From positions 512,001 through 576,000 of the forward strand of contig OZ241456.1 in assembly GCA_965200875.1 (NCBI GenBank): a stretch of DNA of 64,000 nucleotides. Direction: 5' to 3'. This stretch comes from Bdellovibrionales bacterium. GTDB taxonomy: Bacteria; Bdellovibrionota; Bdellovibrionia; Bdellovibrionales; UBA1609. The position numbers were made by a program, and so were the translations under genes. Positions 30,165 to 40,630 of the stretch are shown here, piece by piece. Under the pieces are notes generated by a model. The model had not been told where the DNA came from, ran no database searches, and saw nothing but the letters and a program-made list of their open reading frames with translations. How positions within the stretch are numbered: position 1 is the stretch's first letter; each line of letters starts with the position of its first letter.

Positions 30165-31170
30165 GAGTTTTTTTATGTACTTGAGTATAGTTTTTTCATT
30201 TTTAGTGAAATGTATGAATGCGATTTATTTTAAGTTTCGTATACCTATAACTATAGGTGCTTTACTGATTACCACTTCTATTGTTTTTGGAGAGGAAGAT
30301 ATTGTTGCTGAAGAAGAGCACGATATGACATACAACGATAACTCTGTAAATTCTGAAAATGAAGAACAGGTTCAAGAGCATGTAGAAGGTCAGCTTTTGG
30401 AGACTTCAGCACTAAAGCGTTGGATGCTTTCCATTCCCTTTCAAAGGATTGAGCCAGGAAGTTTTTTAATAGGCAGTCCCACGGATGAATTGGGGAGACA
30501 TTCTGATGAAGACCAACAACAAGTGGAAATAACAAGACCCTTTGAGATAATGGAGACAGAGGTGACTCAAAGCCAGTGGGTTCATGTGATGGGGGAAAAT
30601 CCTTCGTATTTTCAAAGAGCGGAAGACTGTGATGATCATATAAAAGGGATGTGTCCGAATCATCCTGTGGAGCAGGTTTCTTGGGAGCAGGTGCAGAAAT
30701 TTATAAAACAACTTAATGATTCTTTAGGGCTTACGGACTGCGATGGAACACCTGACAGTCAGGCAGGTTGTTATCGTTTGCCGACAGAAGCGGAGTGGGA
30801 GTATTCTGCGAGAGCTGGCACAGAGGTGGCGTTTTCTTATGAAGATGGTTTTTTTTCAGATTTAGAGGATTATGCTTGGTACATAGATAACTCTGAAAGC
30901 AGAACGCATAAAGTGGGGACGAAAAAACCTAATCCGAATGGATTGTATGATATACATGGGAATGTATGGGAATGGGTGCAGGATGGATATGTAAAGGAAT
31001 TGCCGGGAGGAACAGATCCTTTAAATAACCCTTCTGATTCAGTTCAGCGTGTTTATCGTGGCGGGAGTTGGTTTGAGAACATACCTCATTTACGCTCTGC
31101 GGTTCGTGGAACAAAAGAACCCCTCTTTGGGAGTAATGATATTGGATTTCGTCTGCTGAGAACACTATAA
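30151..31170 (+). CDS. Formylglycine-generating-enzyme (SUMF1/FGE-sulfatase) domain protein, probably secreted
   Basis: [47 protein letters not shown]. Confidence 0.92.
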   Translation: MKEYKSFFMYLSIVFSFLVKCMNAIYFKFRIPITIGALLITTSIVFGEEDIVAEEEHDMTYNDNSVNSENEEQVQEHVEGQLLETSALKRWMLSIPFQRIEPGSFLIGSPTDELGRHSDEDQQQVEITRPFEIMETEVTQSQWVHVMGENPSYFQRAEDCDDHIKGMCPNHPVEQVSWEQVQKFIKQLNDSLGLTDCDGTPDSQAGCYRLPTEAEWEYSARAGTEVAFSYEDGFFSDLEDYAWYIDNSESRTHKVGTKKPNPNGLYDIHGNVWEWVQDGYVKELPGGTDPLNNPSDSVQRVYRGGSWFENIPHLRSAVRGTKEPLFGSNDIGFRLLRTL

Positions 31171-31180
31171 ATCATACTGT

Positions 31181-31897
31181 TTAATAGTGACAGGTACTGC
31201 AATTTACAGGAGCTTGATTTTCCTCTTTTCTATGACATTGCACACACCACCCCATAGATAAAGATTCATGTTGATACATAATTTCCATATTTTCCACTTT
31301 TCCATGACAAGTGGTGCAGGTTTTTCGTATTTGCTCTTTAGAAGGAGGTAATCGAGAGGTTTCCACGAATCCTGTTGTCTTGCCTTGTTTTGAACTTTTT
31401 GTTTGTGTCTTTTTGCCGGCTAAGGCTTTGATATGGAGAGAATGATTAAACTTTACAAAATCCGGCAGTAAATGCACTTTTTCCCAAACAATAGGCTGGT
31501 TATTTGTATAAGCCTCCACTAGTTTTTGAATCAAAGGGCTTTCTGGTTTCACTGTTAGGTGACAGTTTATACAAATATCCAAACTAGGCACACCAGCATG
31601 ACGCCCTTCTTCTACAGCTGTGTGGCAATACCGGCAATCCATTCCATACTCTCCTACATGGATAGCGTGAGAGAAAGGAACAGGTTGATCCGGCTGATAA
31701 TTGTTATTATAAGCCAATCGAAGCTTGTTGTTTGAAATCATAAAAATAAAGACAGCAAGACCTGTAAAAATAGCAAAAAACACCACTGCTCCAATCACAC
31801 GGGTGGGAATTGCGCCATGATTCCAAGTGGTGCACTTGAGCACAAAATTCGCAAGTCGCGTTTTTTTATAATCTCTGTTGCTCTTGATATATATCAT
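31181..31897 (-). CDS. Membrane-anchored pentaheme cytochrome c (ActA/cytochrome c3-like)
   Basis: Five CxxCH motifs (CRYCH, CINCH, CTTCH, CVQCH, CSTCH), QPVPFSH, LPDFVKFNHS, LSMGWC. Confidence 0.9.
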   Translation of the reverse strand: MIYIKSNRDYKKTRLANFVLKCTTWNHGAIPTRVIGAVVFFAIFTGLAVFIFMISNNKLRLAYNNNYQPDQPVPFSHAIHVGEYGMDCRYCHTAVEEGRHAGVPSLDICINCHLTVKPESPLIQKLVEAYTNNQPIVWEKVHLLPDFVKFNHSLHIKALAGKKTQTKSSKQGKTTGFVETSRLPPSKEQIRKTCTTCHGKVENMEIMYQHESLSMGWCVQCHRKEENQAPVNCSTCHY

Positions 31898-31978
31898 TGC
31901 TGTTGTTATTCTCGTTTAATGTTTGTGCCCGTAAAAGCACTGGTAAAAAATCAAGTGATAACAGTGTGTTATTACTTT

Positions 31979-32233
31979 TCAGGACCGACTGAGATAGATT
32001 TCAATAGCCACTTTGTAAGCCTCTTCTCTGAGTTTATACTTGTGGATGATTCTGTAAAACTGTTCTACAGTAGGGTTTTCCCTGAATTTTTTTTTAAATA
32101 GAGTGGATTCATTAGTAGCTGTTTTTCTGGAGCTTTTGGTTTTTCCTGTTCGCGGGTTATTGGAAAAATTGATGCTTTTTCTTTTGATGGTGGTTTTAAT
32201 CGGTGAGGGTTTTTTTTGGACATTCTTTTTCAT
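31979..32233 (-). CDS. Small basic hypothetical protein
   Basis: 84-aa Lys-rich ORF co-oriented with the cytochrome gene. Confidence 0.5.
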   Translation of the reverse strand: MKKNVQKKPSPIKTTIKRKSINFSNNPRTGKTKSSRKTATNESTLFKKKFRENPTVEQFYRIIHKYKLREEAYKVAIEIYLSRS

Positions 32234-32436
32234 TACTTTTATTTATTTGTTTTTTTCCATTTGGTCAACAAAAGTTTTTTCACGAGTGACTGGATAGTTG
32301 CTGGTGAAAAAGCTTTGAACATCACTTTTGATTACTTGATTTTTTGATAATTTTCCGGGAAAATAATTGCAAGGAACAAAACCCTTTGTTTTCTTGCACA
32401 ATATGTCAGTGGCGGATTTCTCACAGGAAACACAAG

Positions 32437-33312
32437 ATGCAAATTTTAGATGGCAGATTAGTGGCTCAAAATATAAAGTCGAATTTACAGAAAAAAATCA
32501 GTTTATTTTGTGAGAAAAGTAAAACACCACCAAGTTTAAGAGTGTTGGTGGTAGGTGATAACCCTGCCAGTCAGATATATGTTCGTCAAAAAATCAAATC
32601 TGCAAAACTAGTGGGTATTGATTCTGAAGTATTTGCTTTTCCAGAAACTGTTTCTCTTGGAGAGTTAAAACAAACAATACAAAGTTTTAATCGGGACTCT
32701 GCCGTTCATGCTGTGTTGGTTCAACTTCCTCTACCTTCGGGTTTGCCGTGGAAAGAGGTAATTTCGTACATAGATCCAAAAAAAGATCCAGATTGTTTGA
32801 CGATAGAGAATCAAGGTTTGGCTTGGTCGGGTGCTCCCAGAGTTCTGCCCTGCACTCCTTCTGGTATTATGAGGTTGTTTGAGCATTATAATATTGATCT
32901 TGCAGGTAAGAACGCAGTGGTGGTGGGGAGAAGCCAAATTGTGGGGCTTCCTATGGTTCAGCTTTTATTAAGAGCTAATGCGACGGTGACAGTTTGTCAT
33001 TCCTGCACAAAAGAATTATCTCAGTTTACTAGGCAGGCAGATATTGTCGTATCAGCGACAGGCTCTCCAAGATTCTTGGGAGGAGAAGACTTTAAAGAAG
33101 GTTCAGTAGTGGTGGATGTGGGTATTCATCGAGTGGAAACAAAAGGAACGGGCAAGAACAAATTAACAGGGGATGTTCGTTTTGAGGAATTAAAAAATCG
33201 GGTGGCCTTTGCCACTCCTGTGCCGGGAGGTGTGGGTCCTATGACTGTTGTCATGCTTTTGGAAAATACTTTAAAGCTGGCTGAGTGTTTGCACAAAGAA
33301 AGAGAGTATTAA
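32437..33312 (+). CDS. folD: Methylenetetrahydrofolate dehydrogenase/cyclohydrolase
   Basis: ILDG start, LVQLPLP, PCTP, VVGRSQIVG, TPVPGGVGPMT. Confidence 0.97.
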   Translation: MQILDGRLVAQNIKSNLQKKISLFCEKSKTPPSLRVLVVGDNPASQIYVRQKIKSAKLVGIDSEVFAFPETVSLGELKQTIQSFNRDSAVHAVLVQLPLPSGLPWKEVISYIDPKKDPDCLTIENQGLAWSGAPRVLPCTPSGIMRLFEHYNIDLAGKNAVVVGRSQIVGLPMVQLLLRANATVTVCHSCTKELSQFTRQADIVVSATGSPRFLGGEDFKEGSVVVDVGIHRVETKGTGKNKLTGDVRFEELKNRVAFATPVPGGVGPMTVVMLLENTLKLAECLHKEREY

Positions 33313-33314
33313 AA

Positions 33315-34439
33315 ATGCTTAAGGAAACAGCTCTTGTCAATGAACACCGTCTTTTAGGTGCTAAGTTCATGAACTTTCAGGGATGGAAATTGCCTTTGGA
33401 ATTTAGTGGTTCAGTCGCAGAGCATCTGAATGTGAGAAAAAACTCAGGTCTTTTTGATGTATCTCACATGGGTGAAATTCGTGTGCGAGGAAAAAATGCT
33501 TTAAAATTTTTGGAAAAGCATTTAACAAACAATGTGTCCATTTTAAAAGAAAACCAAACACAATATAATCTTTTATGTAACAGAGAAGGTGGCATTATAG
33601 ATGATTTGATTCTCTATTGTTTTCAGGAAGGTGAAGATTATTTATTATGCGTAAATTCAGCTCGTCTGTCAGCAGATCTGGCTTGGCTCAGACAGTCTGA
33701 TTTGCCAGTGGAAGTACATGATGAAAGTGCTCAGTGGGCACAGATGGCTTTGCAAGGCCCTTCCGCGCCTGCTATACTGACTGATATGCTGAAAAACGAC
33801 TTTCATCCCGTGTCCGAAAAACCTCATTTCATAAAGGATATGAAAAAAAATCATTTTCAGTGGTTTTCTTTTTTGGGTGAATCTGTTCTGGTATCCACAA
33901 CAGGATATACAGGAGAAAAAGGTTTTGAGTTTTTGATTTCTTCCAAAAAAGCTGATAGTCTATGGAGAACCATTTTGGAACAAGGGGCAACCAGAGGTTG
34001 CTTGCCATCTGGTCTGGCTGCACGAGACACTTTACGCATGGAAATGAAATATCCTTTATATGGAAAAGATTTAAACGAAAACACAGATCCTCATTCAGCA
34101 GGACTTTCTTGGGTGGTTCGTAACTCAACAAATTTTATAGGTTCCTCAGCTCTTCTTCAAATTGCAAAAAAATTGCAAAAAAAATGGGTAGGATTTCAGC
34201 TTTTGCCAGAAACAGAGTTTGTGGGAGTGCCTCGCTTAGGTAACCGTATTTTGGTGCATGAAGTGCCTGTGGGGGAAGTTACCAGTGGTGCGAAATCCCC
34301 CAGTCTCTGTAAAATGATTGGCTTGGGATATGTTCCGGTTGAGTACTCTCGGCCAAAACAGAAAATTCAGGTGGAAATTCATCAAAATATTGTGCCGGCG
34401 GAAATTGTCGCAACACCTTTTATAAAAAAAAGGCAATGA
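33315..34439 (+). CDS. gcvT: Glycine cleavage system aminomethyltransferase T
   Basis: GLFDVSHMGEI, ALQGP, TGYTGEKGFE, GLAARDTLRME. Confidence 0.97.
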   Translation: MLKETALVNEHRLLGAKFMNFQGWKLPLEFSGSVAEHLNVRKNSGLFDVSHMGEIRVRGKNALKFLEKHLTNNVSILKENQTQYNLLCNREGGIIDDLILYCFQEGEDYLLCVNSARLSADLAWLRQSDLPVEVHDESAQWAQMALQGPSAPAILTDMLKNDFHPVSEKPHFIKDMKKNHFQWFSFLGESVLVSTTGYTGEKGFEFLISSKKADSLWRTILEQGATRGCLPSGLAARDTLRMEMKYPLYGKDLNENTDPHSAGLSWVVRNSTNFIGSSALLQIAKKLQKKWVGFQLLPETEFVGVPRLGNRILVHEVPVGEVTSGAKSPSLCKMIGLGYVPVEYSRPKQKIQVEIHQNIVPAEIVATPFIKKRQ

Positions 34440-34587
34440 GAGCGACTTTTAAGATTTTGCAGAACATAACAAGGGCAGTCGGGTTTGACCCTTTGCTCAC
34501 AATAATCAAAACACTTGCCTATATTCCAGCAATTTTGTTACTTATATAAAAATTCTTCACTTTTTTCCAAACTAAGGAGACAGTAAA

Positions 34588-36621
34588 ATGGTTGATCTTC
34601 AATTACAACTTCTTTTCCCTATTACTGGTGTTTTAGGGCTTTCTTTGGCCATTATCATTTATCGCACAATCCTTTCTTATTCCGCCGGCACGGAAAAAAT
34701 GAAAAGTATAGCCCATGAGATTGAAATGGGTGCCATGACTTTTCTGAAATCAGAATATTCAAAGTTGCTTATTTTTGTCTTGGCTGTTGCCGTGCTTTTG
34801 CTTTTTTCTTTTAATTGGCAAGCCAGCTTGTCTTTTGTCTTTGGCGCGCTTTGTTCCGGGGTGGCTGGTTTTATGGGTATGAAATCAGCCACTAAAAGCA
34901 ATGTTCGAACAGCTATGGCCGCAAAAGAAAAAGGCTTGGCTGGAGCTTTATATGTCGCTTTTAGTGGCGGGGCGGTTATGGGGCTTTCCGTGGCTAGTTT
35001 GGGTTTGCTGGGTCTTGGATTGGTGTATTGCTTTTTCAGTTCTTCTGGCGAGCAGATTACCTCTATTGTCTCCGGTTTTTCTATGGGAGCTTCCTCTATT
35101 GCTTTATTCGCGCGTATTGGTGGTGGTATATTCACAAAAGCGGCTGATGTAGGGGCAGACCTTGTGGGAAAAGTGGAAGCTGGTATTCCTGAGGATGACC
35201 CCAGAAACCCGGGAGTCATCGCGGATAATGTAGGAGATAATGTGGGAGATGTGGCCGGCATGGGAGCGGATATTTTTGAATCTTATGTAGGTGCTATGGT
35301 GGCCGGCATTACTATTGCTCTTACTATGAGTGCAAAAGTGATGGGGGAATATTTTGGAGCAGGTTTTTCTCGCAGTCTTTTAACAGTTTTTCCGTTGGTG
35401 TTGTGTATGATGGGGCTATTTTCCTCTGTAATAGGCATTTTGAGCATTAAAATATTTCAAAAGAAATCACCGGCTATGGCTTTGCTGTTTTCACAGCTTA
35501 TTGCCGGATTTATCTTTCTAGTTTTTTCAGGAGGAGTTTTATTATCCATAGAAAAAGGCTATCGTCTGTTCATAGCTGTTTGTGCGGGACAAATCGCAGG
35601 GCTTTTAATTGGAAAAATCACAGAATACTACACTTCTTCTAAACCTGTACGCCAAGTGGCGAAAGCTTCCAAAACCGGCCCGGCCACAAATATAATCTCT
35701 GGTTTTGCCTTAGGGCTTGAGTCCACTTTTTTGCCTTTAATTCTTATCGCTATGGCTATTCAATGTTCCTATTCTTTTGCGGGCTTATATGGTATTGCCA
35801 TTGCCGCGGTAGGCATGTTGGCCACTGTGGGCATTACCATGACTGTCGATGCTTATGGACCTGTAGCTGATAACGCCGGAGGAATTGCAGAAATGTCTGG
35901 TATGGGGCCAAAGGTAAGGGAAATAACAGATAATCTGGATTCCCTAGGTAATACCACTGCCGCTATTGGAAAAGGATTCGCCATTGGTTCAGCGGCCTTA
36001 ACAGCCTTGGCTTTATTTGTCGCTTTTAAAGAGGCTGTAAGCTCCAGTTCTGCGCAGGAAATCACTATGAGTTTGAGTCAGCCTTCTGTGGTAATGGGCC
36101 TTTTTCTGGGTTCAGCAATGGTGGTTATATCAGCCAGCTTAACATTGAAATCTGTTGGTCGGACAGCCGGGAAAATGGTGGATGAAATTCGCCGGCAGTT
36201 CAAAGAAATCACCGGGTTATTGGAAGGAAAAGCCAAACCGGACACCAGCCGGTGCGTGAATATCGCCACTAATGCCTCTCTTAAAGAAATGATTTTACCA
36301 GGTGTTATTGCTATTCTTTTTCCCATTGTGGTTGGTTTTACTATGGGTCCTGAAACCTTAAGTGGAGCTTTAGCGGGAGCTTTATTGACAGGTGTGACTT
36401 TGGCTCTGCTTATGGCCAACGCAGGAGGTGCTTGGGATAATGCAAAAAAGTTTATTGAAAAAGGTCAGCTGGAAGGAGCAAAAAAAGGTGGTGAAGCTCA
36501 TTCCGCCTCTGTTATCGGAGACACAGTAGGAGACCCTTTTAAAGACACCACCGGGCCTGCGATGAATATTTTAATTAAATTGCTTTCCATAGTGGCATTA
36601 ATTATAGCCCCTTTTCTTTGA
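34588..36621 (+). CDS. hppA: Membrane ion-translocating pyrophosphatase, K+-dependent type (probably Na+)
   Basis: [37 protein letters not shown] carries the Ala K+-dependence signature. Confidence 0.95.
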   Translation: MVDLQLQLLFPITGVLGLSLAIIIYRTILSYSAGTEKMKSIAHEIEMGAMTFLKSEYSKLLIFVLAVAVLLLFSFNWQASLSFVFGALCSGVAGFMGMKSATKSNVRTAMAAKEKGLAGALYVAFSGGAVMGLSVASLGLLGLGLVYCFFSSSGEQITSIVSGFSMGASSIALFARIGGGIFTKAADVGADLVGKVEAGIPEDDPRNPGVIADNVGDNVGDVAGMGADIFESYVGAMVAGITIALTMSAKVMGEYFGAGFSRSLLTVFPLVLCMMGLFSSVIGILSIKIFQKKSPAMALLFSQLIAGFIFLVFSGGVLLSIEKGYRLFIAVCAGQIAGLLIGKITEYYTSSKPVRQVAKASKTGPATNIISGFALGLESTFLPLILIAMAIQCSYSFAGLYGIAIAAVGMLATVGITMTVDAYGPVADNAGGIAEMSGMGPKVREITDNLDSLGNTTAAIGKGFAIGSAALTALALFVAFKEAVSSSSAQEITMSLSQPSVVMGLFLGSAMVVISASLTLKSVGRTAGKMVDEIRRQFKEITGLLEGKAKPDTSRCVNIATNASLKEMILPGVIAILFPIVVGFTMGPETLSGALAGALLTGVTLALLMANAGGAWDNAKKFIEKGQLEGAKKGGEAHSASVIGDTVGDPFKDTTGPAMNILIKLLSIVALIIAPFL

Positions 36622-37919
36622 GAAGTGGGTTTTATCAACCAGTAAGTGAGAGTCATTTGTCATCATCACCTTCTTCTCGTTTTCGTGCTTTATCTCTTGT
36701 TTTTTCTATTGTTCTCTTGGAATTTACCGCTTTTGGCATGATCATTCCTTTAAGTCCCTACCTAGCCAGGGATTTTGGAGCAGATGATCTGCAAGTGGGT
36801 CTTCTGATGAGTGTTTATTCCCTAGCCCAGCTGATTTTCGCACCACTTTGGGGGTACTTAAGCGATCGATTAGGCAGAAGACCCATTATTTTAATTTGTC
36901 TTATTGGTTCTTCTTTTTTTTATCTATGGTTTGCCTTTGCTCACACTTTGGGCACTTTGTTTTTAACTCGTATATTGGCGGGAGCTTTTGGGGCTGTTAT
37001 GTCTGTTGCTATGGCCTGTATTGCGGATATAACAGGAGAAAAAGAGAGATCCAAAAACATGGGTTTGGTGGGAGCTGGCATAGGTTTGGGTTTTATAATT
37101 GGTCCTCTTTTAGGGGGAGTTTTTGGGCTTTTGGGTAATTATTTTGGCACTTCCCCCCCTTTTGGTTCCAACTTTTCCGCCTTTGGAGCTTTTCTTGTCT
37201 GTGTGCTGAATCTTGCCATTACTTTTTTCTTTTTAAAAGAAAGTTTTACAAAATCGGATACAGGTTTTTTGTCCTTCAGAAATATTTTTTCCAATTTTAA
37301 AAAAATACATAAATCCCGAATAAAAAGTTTAACACGAGCTATTCATGCCCCAGTATTGAAGCAGGTTTTATTTATGTATTTTCTGTTAACACTGGCTTTG
37401 GCAGGAATTGAAGCTTCTTTATTTTTATATGTGAGGGATAAACTTTCTTGGTCTCACTTTCCTTCCAGTATTGGGTTCACTTATATAGGTTTAATGCTGG
37501 TTTTGACACAGGGTTTTTTGGTCAGAAAGCTGATACCGTTTTTTGGAGAGAACAAAACAGCTATTTGGGGATTTATTATAGCAGGGATAGGCTTTGCCGG
37601 TGTGGGCTTGACAAACTGGCTTTGGTTTTTAACTGTCAGTGTGACACTTTTATGTGTTGGTTATGGCCTGGCCAGCACTTGTCTTTCAGGGGCTTTAAGC
37701 CTTTTAACGAGTAAAAATCAGCAAGGAGGAATTTTTGGTGCTCAACAAAGCTTATTCTCGATGGCACGTATTACAGGGCCTGCTTTGGGAGGATGGTTTT
37801 ACAGGGACTTAAGCCCCTCTGCTCCTTTTTATGTATCTGGTTTACTGGCTTTGGTCGCCTTATGGGTTTGTTTCAGCTTAAAAGGAAGGTTTCCCCAAAA
37901 AGGAAAGCACAAAACTTAA
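36618..37919 (+). CDS. MFS transporter (TetA/DHA1-like)
   Basis: [11 protein letters not shown] motif [11 protein letters not shown] motif C, about 12 TM helices. Confidence 0.92.
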   Translation: MRSGFYQPVSESHLSSSPSSRFRALSLVFSIVLLEFTAFGMIIPLSPYLARDFGADDLQVGLLMSVYSLAQLIFAPLWGYLSDRLGRRPIILICLIGSSFFYLWFAFAHTLGTLFLTRILAGAFGAVMSVAMACIADITGEKERSKNMGLVGAGIGLGFIIGPLLGGVFGLLGNYFGTSPPFGSNFSAFGAFLVCVLNLAITFFFLKESFTKSDTGFLSFRNIFSNFKKIHKSRIKSLTRAIHAPVLKQVLFMYFLLTLALAGIEASLFLYVRDKLSWSHFPSSIGFTYIGLMLVLTQGFLVRKLIPFFGENKTAIWGFIIAGIGFAGVGLTNWLWFLTVSVTLLCVGYGLASTCLSGALSLLTSKNQQGGIFGAQQSLFSMARITGPALGGWFYRDLSPSAPFYVSGLLALVALWVCFSLKGRFPQKGKHKT

Positions 37920-37937
37920 CAACAAAGGAGTATTGCT

Positions 37938-38756
37938 TTGAACTTGCATTTGCCGGATACATTCCAATCTTACAAACCTAATGTGGTTTTTAACACGGAT
38001 TCAGAAAATTTTACGGTTAAAACTGCAGAAACACCAGAAGAGCTGTTGGGGGCTTTTCGTTTGCGAAACAGTGTATTTTATGAGGAGTGGACAGGTAAAT
38101 CGTCTGAGTCTGGTCTGGATATTGATAAATATGACCCTCAATCTGATCATCTTATAGTCATCCAAAAAAAAAGCCAGCAAGTTGTGGGCACTTATCGTTT
38201 AAGTTCCACTAAATTCAATAGTCATTTCTACACTTCGGAGTTTTTCAACATAACTTCTTTTTTAAACAAAAACGCCAGTCATAAAGTGGAAATGGGAAGA
38301 GCTTGTACCCATAAAAGTTTAAGGGGAAGCCAGGCTATTCATCACATCTGGCTGGGTTTGGCCAAATATTTCCGGCACACTTTTTCCCGATATATGTTCG
38401 GGAGTGTAAGTATAGTGAACACTTCTCCAGAATATGTGGCCGGGGTGTATAAAGCTTTTTTGAAAAAAGAAATGATTGATCAAAAAATACCCATACCACC
38501 TCAGGAAAAATTTAAAATAGCCGGGTTTGATAATTTACTGTCTAAAGTGACAGGGGATGAAAAAAATCTCTTAAAAATTCCGCGTATTTTTTTATGGTAC
38601 TTGAGTTTGGGGGCTAAAATACATGGCTTGCCAGTATATGATCCTGAGTTTGGTTCTTATGATTTTTTTATTACACTGGATTTTAAAAATATCGGAAACC
38701 CGAAACTGGTTAATCGATATGAAGATGCTGTTTATTTGAAAAACAAACTTCCTTAA
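37938..38756 (+). CDS. GNAT N-acyltransferase (OlsB-like)
   Basis: FRLRNSVF, DIDKYD, VVGTYRL, VEMGRAC, YLSLGAKI. Confidence 0.8.
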   Translation: MNLHLPDTFQSYKPNVVFNTDSENFTVKTAETPEELLGAFRLRNSVFYEEWTGKSSESGLDIDKYDPQSDHLIVIQKKSQQVVGTYRLSSTKFNSHFYTSEFFNITSFLNKNASHKVEMGRACTHKSLRGSQAIHHIWLGLAKYFRHTFSRYMFGSVSIVNTSPEYVAGVYKAFLKKEMIDQKIPIPPQEKFKIAGFDNLLSKVTGDEKNLLKIPRIFLWYLSLGAKIHGLPVYDPEFGSYDFFITLDFKNIGNPKLVNRYEDAVYLKNKLP

Positions 38757-38771
38757 TATGAGGAGGTATTT

Positions 38772-39119
38772 ATGCGAAACTCTTGGATGATGATTGCGGT
38801 TTTAGGTTTTTCCCTTTCGGCTTTAATTTCCTGTTCAAGTGATGATGTAGCATCTGATTTAAAGGATGTAGAACCAGAAACCGTAGTGCCTAACGCAGTC
38901 GTGGCTACTGACAATTCTGCAAACTCTGTGGAAACTCAAGAGACAGTCGCAGGCGCGTCAGAACATTGGATACTTTCCGTGCCCTTTCGAAAAATTGAGA
39001 TAGGAAATTTTGTAATGGGCAGTCCTTTAGACGAAAACTTAAGGGATGATGAAGACCAACAACAAGTTAAAATTACCAAGCCTTTTGAGATAGGTTTCCG
39101 CCTTGTAAGAACACTTTAA
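38772..39119 (+). pseudogene. Lipoprotein FGE-domain paralog with the internal core deleted
   Basis: Lipobox LISC; aligns to the 30151 gene up to PFEI, then jumps to the terminal GFRLVRTL. Confidence 0.8.
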
Positions 39120-40408
39120 TGACGCTCTCTGATATCATCCGCGATCACATCGTGGCCCAGCCAACAAACGGCTTGGTTTATTTTTGACATTTCCTGAAAT
39201 ATTAAGTTGCCACAGCTGTTGAATAAAACTTCACTTAAAAAAGGTGTAATGCTATGGCCTGGATCTTTATGGAGTGTGGAAAGTTTTTTTGAAGTGTCGA
39301 GCATTATTTCCATTTGTTCTTTGCTGTTATGTTGAGGCCATTTTTCAAACACAGATTGTTTTTTTACTTCTTCAGATTCAAAATATTTTTTTGTTGTGTC
39401 CATGATAATATTAAAAGCCCCGTTCTGCATTTTTTCCAAGCATTGAGATACAATTTCCGCGCCTTTTGAGCCTCCTTGTTTTTTTAGAGCACCTAAAATA
39501 GTGTACAAGGGAATCTCCACTCCCGGAAAAACCGCGCTGGACTTAGTAAGTATTTCTGGCACATTAAAAACGCAAGTGTGTACGCCTTCATTAAAAAATG
39601 CTTTGGAAAATTTTTCCAACTCAAGCTTTGCAAAACCCTGTAAATAAGGAGAGTAGCTTTGCCATTGGTATTTCTCCCCCATTAGGGTTTCTGTGCCATG
39701 ATAGCTATAGGCTGTGTAAAACACTTTCCGGCTGGTTTTGTTTAGTTGTTTTCTGAGAGTGGCACTTGACTCAATAAGGTGTTTGTAGGTCTGGGCGGTT
39801 ACTTCATTAAAATTTTTTTCGCAAAGCCAACCCATGTCTGACTTCCAGAAAATTTCAGAAGGAAAAAACCGTTTTCCCACTCCTTTAAGCACACGATTAA
39901 GTGCCGGTAGGAAAATTTTGGCACGAGGTACGCCTCCCGCCATAGTGTGAGCGATAAGGACATTGCCTTTATCCGGCAGTTTTTGTGAAAGCTCTTTCAC
40001 CCACTTATTGGTTCTTTCTTTAAAAGCCCGGCCTGCGTTTTTTCTTGCAGATTCCATCATATTTTTATCCATCTCAGCTTTATCCCAGCTGTTTAAGGGA
40101 ATTTTTTTTAAGAGATCAATAGGGCGTTTGCCGGAGTCGGCGGGTTCCATATCAAATCCTGCTTCCAAAGGAACATTGATAAAAGGTTCTGGTTGAGATT
40201 CCAGCTCCTGTTCATTGAGTGCTCTAAGTGTTCCGTCCGGGTTGCGTCTTCCCACTGTGGAGTAAATAATTTTCATTCCCTTGGATTGGGCCAATCGAAT
40301 CAACCCACTGACATACCCCCCTGCGAAAACCTCTCCAAAAATTACCAGAGTGTCTTCATTGGTAAAATTAATGTCTTTTATTTCCCTTATGGCTTTCATG
40401 TTATCCAT
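39116..40408 (-). CDS. FabMG-family enoyl-ACP reductase
   Basis: LVIFGEVF...GY, STVGRR, INVPLEAGFD, HTMAGGVPRAK, YHGTE, WQSYSPYLQGFAK; recognised from memory. Confidence 0.7.
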   Translation of the reverse strand: MDNMKAIREIKDINFTNEDTLVIFGEVFAGGYVSGLIRLAQSKGMKIIYSTVGRRNPDGTLRALNEQELESQPEPFINVPLEAGFDMEPADSGKRPIDLLKKIPLNSWDKAEMDKNMMESARKNAGRAFKERTNKWVKELSQKLPDKGNVLIAHTMAGGVPRAKIFLPALNRVLKGVGKRFFPSEIFWKSDMGWLCEKNFNEVTAQTYKHLIESSATLRKQLNKTSRKVFYTAYSYHGTETLMGEKYQWQSYSPYLQGFAKLELEKFSKAFFNEGVHTCVFNVPEILTKSSAVFPGVEIPLYTILGALKKQGGSKGAEIVSQCLEKMQNGAFNIIMDTTKKYFESEEVKKQSVFEKWPQHNSKEQMEIMLDTSKKLSTLHKDPGHSITPFLSEVLFNSCGNLIFQEMSKINQAVCWLGHDVIADDIRERH

Positions 40409-40630
40409 CCTTTGTACTATGGTTTTGGTTTTGTTATTACCTGCTTGATTTTTCAGGAAAACACAGTTTTTTTATAACCTCTTGCAATTATTTTCTGAAC
40501 ATTTTATCAAAAAATCAATGTTTCTTTTTAAGCAATCTAGTCAAAAAAGTGTAAAATAAAAAATTAATGTTGAGCTTTGTTTTTAAAAAGTGTAATTTTT
40601 AGAGCATAAATCAGGAAAGAAGGTGCACGA

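Noticed and set aside
30151..31170. Diversity-generating retroelement target (FGE/CLec fold)
   Set aside because: No reverse transcriptase and no template repeat differing only at adenines in the window; the 38772 paralog differs at all base types
34677..36419. Minus-strand ORFs inside hppA (and similar shadows in ftsH, the ATPase and tamB)
   Set aside because: They lie antisense to well-supported genes and carry no motifs
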